A stretch of DNA of 64,000 nt from Vicugna vicugna. Lineage: Eukaryota. The stretch lies in NCBI GenBank assembly GCA_013265495.1, contig MU057711.1, forward strand, positions 868,001-932,000, read 5' to 3'. Of this stretch, positions 13,751 to 25,894 are shown in pieces (within the stretch, counting starts at the first letter, position 1; each line of letters begins with the position of its first letter). The translations under genes were made by a program, and so were the position numbers. The notes under the pieces were generated by a model. That model was given only the letters and a program-made list of their open reading frames with translations. It made no database searches and was not told the origin of the DNA.

Positions 13751-14269
13751 TCAGGCCTATTCTGAGATTTCTAGCTTGGCAAATGGTGATGAACGGGGAG
13801 TGCATGAGAAAGATAAATTCTTGTTTTGGAGGCATTAGGTGTGAAGAACCTGGAGCAGGCAAAAAGCAGCTGGAAATAGGACCTACAAGGAGTTGCAGAT
13901 TACTCTACACAGCCCTGCCCCACCCTACCCCACCCCCATTTGGGGTGGGGCACAGGTGTGTGTTTCTAGCAGATTCTCTGGAATGAGATAATAGAGCGTA
14001 GTAGGTGAATTAATGAGGAAAACCAAGAAGGGTTCTTTTTCAGCAATCATTTTGAGGCGGTCAATTTCAATTCAATTAAGGCAAAACTCGCCATTAGAAG
14101 ATGGAATATAACACATATTCAAGATGTAAGATGGAACTCAAACTAAATAAAAAAGGCAGACACAAAGCAAACGTATGGCATATACAAAAGTACAGATTTA
14201 ACATATAGTGATGTCACACGTCACCAGTTAAGTTCTAAACTCCACCCATAAACAAAAAAAAATGTGATC

Positions 14270-15682
14270 AATACTACAAAGTCACGGCGGTAATCAAAAC
14301 AGGAGGCTATTGGCTGTTGGCAAAACAGATATATGGATCAATGGAATAGAATAGAGAGCCTAGAAATAAACCCACACATCCACAGTCAATTAATTTTCAA
14401 TTAAGAAGGTAAGAATATATGGTGGAGAAAAGACAGTCTCTTCAGTAAGTGGCATTGGGAAAGCTGCACAGCTGCATGTAAATCAATGAAGTTAGAACAC
14501 ACCCTCACACCATACCCCAAAATAAACTCAAAATGGCTTAAAGACTTAAATGTAAGACATGACACCATAAAACTCCTAGAAGAGAGCATAGGCAAAACAT
14601 TCTCTGACACAATTTGTACCACTGTTTTCTTAAGTCAGTCTCCCATGGCAGTAGAAATAAAAGCAAAAATAAACAAATGGGACATAATCAAACTTAAACA
14701 CTTTTGCACAGCAAAGGAAACTGTAAACAAAATGAAAAGACAACCTATGGACTGGGAGAAAATATTTGTCAAGGAAGCAACCAGCAAGGGATTAATTTCC
14801 AAAATATACAGACAGCTCATACAACTCAGTAACAACAACAAAAAAAACAACCAAAAAATGGGCAGAAGACGTAAATAACCATTTCTCCAAAGAAGACATA
14901 CAGATGGCTAATAGGCAAATGAAAAGATGATCAACGTCACTGATTATTAGAGAAATGCAAATCAAAACTATAATCAGGTATCACCTCAGAATGCCATCAT
15001 TAAAAAGTCTACAAATAAATGCTGGAGAGGGTGTGGAGAAAAAGGAACCTTCCTACACTGTTGGTGGGAATGTAATTTGGTGCAGTCACTTTGGAGAACG
15101 GTATGGAGATTACTTAAAAAACTAAAAATAGAATTGCCATATGATCCAGCAACCCCACTCCTGGGCGTATATCCAGAGAAAAAGTCTAACTCGACAAGAT
15201 ATGTGCACCCAATGTTCACAACAGCACTATTTACAATAGCCAAGACATGGAAACAGCCTAAATGTCCTTCAACAGATGACTGGATAAAGAAGCTGTGGTA
15301 TATATATGCACGCTGGAATACTACTCCACCATAAAAAAAGAATGAAACAATGTCATTTGCTGCAACATTGATGGACCTAGAGATTATCATACTAAGTAAA
15401 GTAAGTCAGAAAGAGAAAGACAAATACCGTGTGATATCATTTATATGTGGAATCTTAAATATGATACAAATGAACTTATTTACAAAACAGGAACAGACTC
15501 ACAGACATAGAAAACAAACTTATGGTTACCAAAGGGGAAAAGGGATAGGGAAGGGATAAATTAGACATTTGGGATTAGCAGGTACAGACTACTGTATATA
15601 AAATGGATAAACAACAAGGTCCTACTGGGAACTATACTCAATATCCTGTAATAAACCATAATGGAAAAGAATTTTTAAAAAA
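14270..15682 (+). mobile_element. 5'-truncated LINE-1 (ORF2 C-terminal part plus 3'UTR), relatively young
   Basis: Frameshifted ORF2 peptides [36 protein letters not shown] and [18 protein letters not shown]...[20 protein letters not shown]; imperfect TSD aaaaaatgtgatcaa / aaataagtgtaatcaa. Confidence 0.95.
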
Positions 15683-15705
15683 TAAGTGTAATCAAAATTA
15701 CCCTT

Positions 15706-15831
15706 GGTGGGGAGGGTATAGCTCCGTGGTAGAGTGCATGCCTAGCATGCATGAGGTCCTGGGTTCAATCCCCAGTACCTCCATTAAAAAAATAAATCTA
15801 ATTACCTCCCCTCCAAAGAAAGTTTTTTTTT
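15706..15831 (+). mobile_element. Vic-1-like SINE
   Basis: ggggagggtatagctccgtggtagag...ggttcaatccccagtacctcc; TSD aaaattaccc on both sides. Confidence 0.92.
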
Positions 15832-15837
15832 AAAAAT

Positions 15838-18120
15838 TACCCCTGAAAATCCTTTGAATTGTCCTTAATTGCACGTTGTGTTGTGGCAATTAAAGTTCCA
15901 AACATCATGCTTTGCCAAAATCAAATTTTGGCCCCCTCATATCCCCAGCCTTTCTCCCGGTTAGACGGTTAATATCCATTTATCAACAGCACTTTGTACA
16001 TCTGAAAATGACAGTACCTCCTTTGGCCTGGTACTGGAGTACCTTATAAACTGGTGGATTCTTTTAAGCTGCAGGGGTGCCCAGGACAAAGCGTTCCCTG
16101 GAGATGCCACACACTGGTTTCGAAGTGTTGGAGCTTTTACGTCACCACTCAGAAGGAACTTCTTTTTCTGGAATTCTCCAACTTGCTTTTCTTGGCTTGG
16201 TAGGAGCCTGCTCTCCTGTACAGGCAGTCAAAACTGCTTCTTCCTTCTCCCGTTTCCTTTTTATACAAAACTAGCTCATTAAATTAACTTCATCATCACT
16301 AATCTTCCCTAGATTCAGGAGGGGCTTGATCTGATTTGGTTCATTCCTAGTGAAGGTATGATTGGCTGATAGGTATGGGTGGGACACAAACACATTACAG
16401 TAAATTGTAAACATTTGAAGGAAAATAGTCCCACTGTGAGGTAACTGGGTGCCCTTTTCTGAATAGGGAAGCAACTCTGCTTCCATGACAGTTAATCTAT
16501 AGAAAATCACTTTGTAAACTCTAAAGCCAATCCAAATAGTGTTCTACTTGATGGGATTTCAGGATGAGAGCCAAATATTTTCAGGCCATATGGGGAAGGC
16601 ATTTCAGGGTGGGAAGCCTTCCCAGTCCCCTCAAGTCACATCAAATGGCAATTTCATCTACTCCAGTGGACCATAAAGTGCTATCCATGTAGCTGGCCCA
16701 CAGTAAATGCTCCAGTGATAGTAAGTGACATTACTTTCCTCTTTCCTGTTTATGAATAAAGCTGGCACTGGTGATAGTATCTATATTTTGGGATCTTACA
16801 CAAATTCATAGTAACTTGATATTTAATATAGGTCAGATACCAACTCATTGACATCTTCTCAAAAACAACTGTTCTTTCCATGGTGCCTGGTGAGATTTTA
16901 CCAAGAGACAGAGTAGGAGCAAGTGAAATAAGTAGACAGTGTTTTGACTTACTGCACTGGTCCATAATTTTTAATAAGTGAGTCATGTTCAAAATTGGGT
17001 ATTATTATTTCTTTCACATGGAAATTTGCTAAAACTACACACATAGACCTACATTCTTCCTGTCTCCCACATTCTCTTACATGATTATTTTCAACTATTC
17101 TATAAATTAAGGGTACTCAGACCCACCTATCTAGCTAGATCTTTGGGCACACCAGTGTACTTAATTTAAGAAACATGAATAAAAGGTAAATTTCAGATAT
17201 ATAAAACTCTAAACTCCAAATTGTTCCTCCAATACAGCAGTACAATGCAATGCTACAGTAACTTTCCAAATACTCCCCAGACCTCAAAGCTTTAGTCCCA
17301 CTAGCACCAGCCTCCCTCCTCCCAGTCACCAGTGCCCTTTTTCCAAAGCACAAATCTCACCTTTGTTAAGTCCCTCTCCTGCTGTTGCTCTAATTGGTAG
17401 CTTTCTGTATGGGTCTCTGAAATCCTTGAGTTTTTGGAAGGCCCATTTCTCAAATTTCTCTTCGGTCAAGCCTCTACCAGTTCACTGACTCATTTGATGA
17501 ATGTGTTATTGGTGTTCAGGGCACGCTGGCAGTCCTCTATGCAGTAAAAGCAAGTTGTCCTTTGCATGGAGTACATGCAATCCCAGATAACGCTGTCAGC
17601 ATTGGCAAAACCAGTTAATACGGCACAGATGATTTGCAAGTGTCTAATGTCAATACAATTGTTTTATAACAGACCACTTCATAAGACCAAACCCATCATG
17701 CCCAGATCACTGATGGACTGTGTCTCCAGGCAATCAGAAGTATCTCTTGCCCAGGAAAGTATCTTCTTGTATGTTAGACCATTAATACCCATTTATCATT
17801 CAGCTGAGGTGGATAGCACTGAAGATATATTAGCATTCCTTTCCAAGCTTAGCTCTGCTGTTAGCCAAACCAAGAGACTTTTCTTGGCCTGGAACAGACA
17901 GGGAAGCGCTCCTCCCTCCCAAATACTAGATTCCTATCAGCTTTGCAAAGGAAAGCAGGTCCCCAACATGTCAGACATGCCTGAAGCAGAGCAAAAACAA
18001 TGTTTCCTTTATCAGACACACCTGTTGACAGTCATTCACAGTCTGGGGTTGGTGAATGTCCTAAGCTGCATCGAAACAAATTCTGCTGAACAAGGTCAGG
18101 AGGAAATTGGAGATACAGCA
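15838..18120 (-). pseudogene. Candidate ancient decayed coding sequence (pseudogene or endogenous element), parent unidentified
   Basis: Not recognisable as a common repeat; protein-like minus-strand stretches broken by stops and frameshifts; AT-rich UTR-like continuation beyond the L1 at ~14030-14265. Confidence 0.35.
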
Positions 18121-18684
18121 TGAAGACCCAAAAACGTGATAGGGACTAACTGCAGAAAGTTCCTCAAAGCCCAAATGCTCAGAAAATGCATTCGCCCACA
18201 ACTGGTTTTTCCTTGAATTTAATCTATTTCCTCAGGAAAAAGGGTATATGCTAGGCACTAAATTTAACAAGAAGCTAGAAAATGATTCATGTTTTTATGT
18301 ACCTGGTAGTCTATGGGGATAGGTGATGTTAAGAATAATGACTTTCCAAATGTTGGTCTTAAATCAATGAAATGCAATTAGTATCCATCCAGTGCTTTTG
18401 ATACAATTCCTCCCCTGCCACATCTGCCACCTACAAACACACATACTCATTTCTATCGATGCAACCCTTTTCTTTATAGTCATTAGAAGTTAGTCTTTAA
18501 AAAAATTCTATGTTGAGTTCCTGTTTTGTGCTAAGTAGTATACTAAGCCCTGCGTAGGGAGGGGCATGGCAGAATCACCATTATGTCTCCATCAAGGCCG
18601 TGGAGAGCCCTCAAAATTTTTGTAGAGCAAATGAGGAAATACTTGACAAGGACCATGTCCTAAAAACATCTGGCTGTCTACAGG

Positions 18685-18831
18685 TTTATTTTTTTTTTTT
18701 TTTTTGTGGGAGGAGGTAATTAAGCTTATTTATTTACCTATATTTTTTTTTTTTGATGAAGGTACTGGGGATTGAACCCAGGACCTCGTGCATGCTAGGC
18801 ATGCACTCTACCACTGAGCTATTCCCTCCCC
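18685..18831 (-). mobile_element. Vic-1-like SINE
   Basis: Reverse copy ggggattgaacccaggacctcgtgcatgctaggcatgcactctaccactgagcta preceded by poly(T). Confidence 0.92.
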
Positions 18832-19088
18832 AGTTTTTTTCTTTTATATCTTTTTATTAATTGTTAGAAGACATTTGTTCCATCTTTCTTGGAAGAACTA
18901 GCATTTATTGAACTCCTAACCTGTACTTAAATTTACAGGTTATTGACTTTAACAACACATATGAAAGGAGCATCCTATGGATGAGGAAACAAACTCAGAA
19001 AGGATAAGTAACTTTTCCAAGGGCACGGAGTAATGAGTGGTGGAGTGAAAGCTGACAGCCAGGCCTGCCAGGCTGCAAAGCTCTGCTC

Positions 19089-19238
19089 TTTTTTTTTTTT
19101 TTTTTCAATTGAAATATAGTCAATTACAATGTGTCCATTTCTGGTATATAGTGTAATGTCCCAATCATGCATATATATACATATATTCATTTTCATATTC
19201 TTTTTCAATAAGATTATTACAAGATATTGAATATGGTT
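19089..19238 (-). mobile_element. Short LINE-1 3'-end insertion inside a MIR
   Basis: poly(T) then attgaaatatagtcaattacaatgt; same tail family as 39448-39770 and 43290-43395; MIR sequence on both sides. Confidence 0.75.
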
Positions 19239-19847
19239 AAAAGCCTCCACTCTTTGCTCTATGCCTGGATGTTTCAACTCAGGTACACTGATCTATAAGA
19301 GTTTACATGTGAATTCCTCTCCAGAGCTGATGAGTTGATGAGAACTTTTAAATTCAGGATTTTCATTTTAATAGTTTTAGAATAATTAACAAAAGTATAT
19401 GTTATGTTATCTGGACAACTACCTCCCACTGTCTATATTAATTTAAAAATTAAGGTGTTTGTATAACATTAAGGTATAGGTGTAATTCCTGGAAGCACTG
19501 AAGTTGCAAAGGGCTATTAGGAGGGGTGGCCCAGCTGAAGATGTAGGAAAGGACAGGGAGATGTATTTTCATTTGAATTACTTTTAATCACATATATTGT
19601 ATTACTTTTATAATTAAAAACAATAAAAGCAGTAAAGTCTTTAAAAGACAAAATCTGTGAGTTCTTGGCTTGAGTACTAAATTAATGGCCCCAGGCAAGT
19701 TTTGCCTCAGTTTCCCCATCTGTAGTAACCAACTTCTCTTCTAGTGTGATTGTGAAAATGAAATGAGTTAATCCATGTAAAACATTTAGAACAGGCCCTG
19801 GCTTGAGCAGACAGAACAAACCAGAAGGGGGCTGGCAGTTGGAGACT

Positions 19848-20608
19848 GTGGTAGACAGAATAACGTCCTTCCCAAAAAAAGGTCCACAACCCTCCCCCCC
19901 AACCTGTGAATGTATTACCTTGCATGGCAAAAAGGACTTTGCATATGTGATTGAGCTAAAGATCTTGAGATGAGATTATCCTGGACTGTCCTGGTGCATC
20001 CAGTGTAGTCACAGAGTCTTTGTAAGGGAAAGAGGGAAGCAGGAGGATCTGGCAGAAGGAGGTGTGAGTTGAGGGGGAAGGTATAGTTCAGCTGTGGAGT
20101 GTGTGCTCATGCACGGGGTCCTGGGTTCAATCCCCAGTACCTCAATTAAAAAAAATAAATAAATAGGGGGAGGGTATAGCTCAGTGGGAGAGTGAATGCC
20201 TAGCCTGTGCGAGGTCCTGGGTTCAATCCCTAGTACTTCTATTAAAAATAAATCGAATTACCTCCCCCTCAACATACATACATACATACATAAATAAAAT
20301 TTAATGGATAAATAAGGAAATAAACCTAATTAAGCCACCAACACCACCAAGGGAAAAAAAATTTAAAAAGTTGTGAGGTTGGAGGCGGAGGTCAGGGTGG
20401 AGCCAGGAACCAGGAAATGCAGGCAGCCTCCAGAAAGCCGGAAAGGCAAGGAAACAGATCCTCCTCTGGAACCAGTCCTGCCAACGCCTTGACTTTAGCC
20501 CAGTGAGACTGATTTTTGACCTCTTGACATCTTGAACTGTCAGAGAATACATTTATGTTGTTTTCAGCCATCATGTGTGTGCTAAATTGTTGCAGCAGAC
20601 ATAGGAAA
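19848..20608 (+). mobile_element. MaLR LTR (MLT1-like) interrupted by nested SINEs
   Basis: Starts tgtggtagacagaataa; contains accttgcatggcaaaaaggactttgca...gagattatcctgga; ends ttgttgcagcagacataggaaa. Confidence 0.85.
20073..20368 (+). mobile_element. Two nested Vic-1-like SINEs
   Basis: Outer head 20073-20165, complete inner copy 20166-~20300 with (TACA)n, outer tail aaacctaattaagccacc resumes ~20320. Confidence 0.88.
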
Positions 20609-22277
20609 TGGGCAGAAATGGGCATAGATGCAAAAGGAGGAAAAGTCCTCAGTCGATCTGGATTAAAAGAGAAGTGAGGGTCTATCGAGGATGGTGCGCT
20701 TTCAAATATCACAGAACATCTGGAAACAAAGCAAAAGTGTCCCTGGGCAACTCTAGCGACAGAGTGGGGGCGGAGGATGCCTGCCTCATTTGGTTCTTTG
20801 AAGATGGAAGAGGCCATCCAGACATGTTGAGAATGTTTGCACGCAGACAGCCTCACGGCTCTTGGATCCCTCCAGGCTGGCGAAAGAAAGCAAATACGTG
20901 TCTGCTAATATTTTAGTGACACTGTCCCTGCACATCTGAACACTTGATTCTTAGTACTTGCCTCTTTGGTCGTCAATAAGAAACAGCTTCTGGCTGTTCA
21001 TCTCTTAGTCAACAGAAGCACTGATTAACCCAGCCGACTTTCCAGCACGTGTGTATGTGTATTACAGACACATTTCTTTTCTTTCCTGTTCTTTCTTTCT
21101 TTTAATAAAAATGTAGCCCTCAGAGCTATCCCGAAAAAAGCACTCAGCCTTACAACATTTCAGATTTAATGAGCCAAGAATTCTATTTTTTCCTTGTTAC
21201 ACAGAACAATAACTCTTAAGAGCTTAAATTTTCAAAGCACTTCACAAGCATTTAATTAATCCCCTCCGCGGCCAGGGAGAAGGAAACTGATATTCATAGT
21301 ATCTCACCCTGACATCCTTTAATTTGGCAGGACATCCGCTGGCTTCGAAAAAGCGTCTGTACCACCAAGGTTATTTGGGCCACTGTCGCTTAATCAGTGA
21401 ATGATTACCTAACGAAACCTGGTAACCGGAGTGGTTTAAATCGCCATCTCATGAGGGCCAGATGGGGCAGGGGGAGTTGCTCTGAGCCTGGAAGAGAAAT
21501 GGCCATGATCCCCTCAGAGAAATGACAAAGCTCGTCTGTACCGAACCTGCGAGATGGGGCTCGTGATTAAGGCCCATTGACAGTTGCACGAGGGCCTGAT
21601 TCACTCCTGGAACTGGGACATGATGAGTATCAAGAGGCCCTTCTCAGACCTGGGCTCTCCGGAGGCCCCGGGGACAATCAGCAGTTGAATTTCACTGTGC
21701 TCTTGGCTTAGCCTCGCGGACGCGTGGGAAGCTCTAGGAAGCCCTACTTTTCTCTCTATTCAGACCTGCTTCCTGAAGGTTTCGCTAATACAGAGCAGCC
21801 CAGCATCCTCACAGACTGAGCCGGACTCTCGGCAGCCGCCCCCGGGGGCGTGGCCTTTCCCTCCCCAGCCTCCCACCAGACCCGCTCCATTGACTTCCGT
21901 TTGCTTAGTGAATCTCTGCCACAGCGGAATCCTGTCGGATCCCGTTTTCAATTCAAGGAACCAAAATGCAAGAAATGCCTCCTGAGTGCCTGGCACAAAT
22001 GCCAAATCTTGGCTAGATAAGGTCCCAGACCTTAAGAACTTCGGTCTTGAGAAGATAAACAGCCAAGTAACTAGGACACAGTACAGTAACAAAGGTGCCA
22101 ACAGGCTGTTACTGAGGGAGGAGGCACGAGGAGAAGGGCAGAGAAGAGACAATACCATTTGTGGGGGAGGGAGGGATCACCGGAGGACTTTTAATACAAT
22201 GGTATTTAATGTGGCCCTTACAGGATATGATTTTAGTGAGCATAAGGGGAATGGGTGATATGATAAATAAGAAATAT

Positions 22278-22380
22278 GGGGAGAGGGTATAGTTCAGGGG
22301 TAGAGCATGTGCTTAGGGTGCACAAGGTCTCGGGTTCAATCCCAAGCACCTCTATTAAGATTAAAAAAGAAGAAGAAAAA
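22278..22380 (+). mobile_element. Vic-1-like SINE, short form
   Basis: gagggtatagttcaggggtagagc...ggttcaatccc; TSD aagaaatat. Confidence 0.85.
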
Positions 22381-22389
22381 GAAGAAATA

Positions 22390-22835
22390 TATATTTTGGT
22401 CTTTGTTCCTAACAGAAGCTCGTGTTCCAGACCCTTCCATTTCTTGCCCTATGTACCTCTCCATCTAGCTGTTCCTTCGTATTCTTTATAATCATAAAAT
22501 AAGCTGGTAGTGGAAAGTAAAGCACTTTCCCAAGTTCTATGAGCTGTTTTAGCAAATTGTCAAATCTGAAAGGAGGGGGTTGTGGAAACTTCCAACTTTG
22601 TAATCAAGTCAGACAGAAGTGTGAGTACGTGGAGGACCCAGTACGTGGGACCAGAATCTGAGTGAGGGCAGTCTTGTGGGACTGTGCGCTTCAGCCTGCC
22701 GGGCCGATGCGGACTCCAGGTAGACAGTGTCAGGACAGGGTTGCACTGTGGGACACCAAGCTGGTGTCTGGAGAGTCGAACAGGTTGTTGGGGTAGAAAA
22801 ATCCCACAACTTTGGAGTCAAAAGTATTGGGAGTA
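22390..22835 (+). mobile_element. ERV LTR fragment, MER21-like
   Basis: gggcagtcttgtgggactg...actccaggtagacagtgtcag...gacaccaagctggtgtct recalled as MER21-family sequence. Confidence 0.7.
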
Positions 22836-23116
22836 AAAATAATCCAGAGGGTATTCCAGACCAAAGGAACGTGCAGGGTGAGTAGGGAAGCAGAAACCCA
22901 GCGGGACCCTGGAGGAGATGCAACTGGTCAGCGAGGGTGAATCAGGTTGTAGAGATTTATGGGCAATAAACATTTATGGGTGTTTTGTCCCAACTTAGAT
23001 GATTCTTGCGCCACTGTCAGAATATTCTCTAGATCCACATATCATCTGTACTCTTCTTCATATTATTCTTAAACCAATTCATTGTTTATTGTTTAAATGT
23101 AATGAATACTGTATAC

Positions 23117-23555
23117 CAGGGGTCAGCAAATGGCCTCACAGACCAAATCTAGCTCACCATCTGTTCTTTTTTTTTCATGGAGGTGCTGGGGATTGAACCC
23201 TGGACCTTGTGCATGCTAAGCATGTGCTCTACCACTGAGCTATTACCCACCCCACCCCAACCATCTGTTCTTGTATGGCCCACCAGCTAAGAGTAGTTTT
23301 TGCATTTCTAAATGGTTGGAAAACATCAAAAGAAGAGTAATATTTAATGACAGGTACAAATGATATGAAATCCAAATTTTAGTGTCCATTAAAAGGCTTT
23401 TTTTTTTTTTGACACAACCTATCCCCATTCATTTACATGTGGCCCATGGTTGTTTTGTGCTATAATAGAGTTGAACAGTTGTGACATAGACCATACATGG
23501 CCCCCCCAGCCTAAAATATCTCTGGCCCTTTATAGAAAAGATTTGCCAATCTCAG
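23117..23555 (+). mobile_element. hAT-Charlie MITE (MER58-like)
   Basis: Termini caggggtcagcaaa ... tttgccaatctcag; body ctggccctttatagaaaagatttgcc. Confidence 0.82.
23168..23258 (-). mobile_element. Vic-1-like SINE inserted in MER58
   Basis: Reverse SINE head with TSD accatctgttct (23156-23167 / 23260-23271). Confidence 0.9.
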
Positions 23556-24059
23556 ATCTAGAATAAATGTGTTAACAAACAAACAAAAGAATAAATGTGC
23601 TAACATATATGTTTGGAAATCCAGTCATTTATCATAAATGAAAAACAACTGGAATAAATTATTTAAAAATAAAAGTAACACCAGAGGTACACACTCCAGT
23701 AACTTACCTTGGCAAAGCACTGATTTGCTGAGTATCTACTTTGCGCCAGCCACTTTTTGCTAAGTATCTTTATATGGGGTGGTAATTGTAGCAGCTGCGG
23801 TGTAGCTCCTGGTCTAATGTGAACAAGAATAAGAACTCTATGTACATTACCTCACTTAATCCTCAAGACATCTGATTGGAAATAATGCTATTCCCCTTTT
23901 GGTATCTCCAAAACTCAGGCTCATAGAAGTGAAACTCCTTGCCCAGGGTCACATTGGTTATGAATGACAGATCAAGGATTTCATCTCAGGTCTTGGGAAT
24001 TCAAGCCTATTGTGGGTTAAAGTTTGAAACACCATCATCTCACACATTGTAAGACCTGG

Positions 24060-24830
24060 GAGGCCACGCTGAAAATCTGTAACCAGGAAGACCCCTTGAA
24101 AGTTTTTGAGCCGGGGGAGTAACATCCTCAGAGCCCTGCTGCACGAGGATTAATCTGGGCAATCTGAGCAGGAAGTAGTGGACCTGGTAACCTGGAGACA
24201 GAAAGACCAATTCACAGGCTCTCATAGTAGATTAGCGACACTGTCATGGTGGTAAAACCCGAAGGGCTTAGTGGTGAAATGGATGTGTGAGTTGGGGAAG
24301 AGGGAGGGGTCAGAGAGCCTGAAGTTTTGAATCCTGGTGATTACGGGATGCTGAGCAGATTGGAGAAGGAGGGCTAAATGTAGACACGGCAGGCTGAGTG
24401 GCCCCTGGGGTATCCAGCCGGAGAGGTGCAGCAGACAGGAGGAAAATTGGGAGTGGAACTTAAGAGTGTGCATTGGGCTATCATCTACCTAGAAGGAATG
24501 GCTCAAATCACAGAAGCCAATGAGAGTTTCAAGGACAAGAGCGTACAGAGAAACCAAAGGGCATTAGGGAATGTCTGTGTTCTGAGAGAGGAAGGAAGGG
24601 GAGGAACCAGTAGAGGAGTGAGATAAAAAGTGCAGGTGGGGGGAGGGGCACTAATGAGGCTCCATGACCCATAACTAGAGGGATGACCACTAGGAGGAAA
24701 GGGGACTTGTGAGAATGCCTGGGGTCTGCGTACTTCTGTGACCAGAGGAAATAAGAGAGACAGAATTGAGAGAAAATGGTGAAAGATTCAAAGACCCAAG
24801 AGAAGCAAGAAGTGACAGTTAAAGGAAGAA
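24060..24830 (-). mobile_element. LINE-2 fragment (MIR fragment just left, ~23720-24010)
   Basis: Purine-rich reverse-L2 body (ggaagtagtggacctgg...gagaccaatt..., ggatgaccactaggagg). Confidence 0.6.
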
Positions 24831-24883
24831 AAAGCAAGGAGGAAGATTAGCCTTTGCAAGGAAGCAGGACCCATCCCGGTCAT

Positions 24884-25432
24884 TGTGATGGCTTAAAAAT
24901 ATATCCACAAATAATACTTTCTTTTAAAAAATGGAGCTTAGTCTCCCAACCCTTCAGTGTGGGTTGGACTTGGTGACTCATTTCTAACAAATAAAATAAG
25001 ACAAAAGTGATGATGTGTCAGTTTCAAGAGAAATCACAAAAAGGCATTTTGCCTTCCTTCTTTTCTTTCTCTCTTTTGGATCACTTGCTCCAGGGGATCC
25101 AGCCAGTTTGTCATGAGAACACTCAAGTGACCCTCTAGAGAAGCCCACATGGTGAGCAACCAAAGCTGGTCACCAGCAGCCAGCGTGGAACTGAGGCCTC
25201 CAGCCAACAGCCTTGTGAATGGACTGTCTTGGAAGGGATCCTCCAGCCCCAGTCAAGCCTTCAGATGATGGCAGCCCCAGCCAGCCGACAGCTTGACCGC
25301 AAACTCATGAGACTTTGAGTCAGAACCACAGAGCTAAGCCACTCCCAAATTCCAGACCCACAGAAACTGTTTAATAATCTATGGTTGTTGTTTTTAGCTG
25401 CTAAATTTGGGGTAATTTGATATAAGTCAATA
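24884..25432 (+). mobile_element. MaLR LTR (old MLT1 subfamily)
   Basis: cctccagccccagtcaagccttcagatga...cagagctaagccactcccaaattccagacccacagaaactgt...gctaaatttggggtaatttg. Confidence 0.82.
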
Positions 25433-25894
25433 TGTAAGTCATAAAGTCAACAATAGGAGCCTCCTGACCAGGAACAACAAGGGTTTCCCCTTTTTCCTAG
25501 AATATCTTAGAAATTTAAAACCTAGAGAGACTTCAAGGACTCTAATTCCAATTCTCCAGAGTTGGGAAGGGTTGAGCTTACACAAAGGGCAGTGGTTACA
25601 CTAAGACCACAAAGCAAAACATCTCTGCCCAGCTGCAAACCCCTTCCTCCTCAATGCATTTTCCTGTCCACTCACCCAACAAAAACCAATTAAACACCTC
25701 CTCCATCTAGGCGCTGCTATAGCAGCCTTGAGCAAGACAGACCTGTTCTCTGGAGTTTACCTTTTAATGGGGAAAGGCAGTTTTGATACAAGCAAGCACA
25801 TAAATAATTCCAGACAGCATTAGATGTTATGGAGAAAATTAAACAAGGTGATGGGGAGATTGACTAGATGGGGGAGTGCAATTATTGGTAAGGA

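Noticed and set aside
14401..15559. ORFs of 70-134 aa here, and similar ones at 7267-7693, 51613-52536 and 62300-63025
   Set aside because: Frameshifted LINE-1 ORF1/ORF2 remnants or their antisense frames, not host genes or active elements.
15960..17800. Calling the segment a definite endogenous bornavirus-like element, or a TPR, OTU or glycosyltransferase pseudogene
   Set aside because: Matches are short, based on recalled sequences, sometimes mutually exclusive across frames, and much more tightly spaced than in the real proteins; chance resemblance is plausible. Kept only as a testable hypothesis.
17566..18123. 185-aa plus-strand ORF
   Set aside because: No recognisable homology, promoter or poly(A) context; may be the antisense shadow of the decayed minus-strand sequence.
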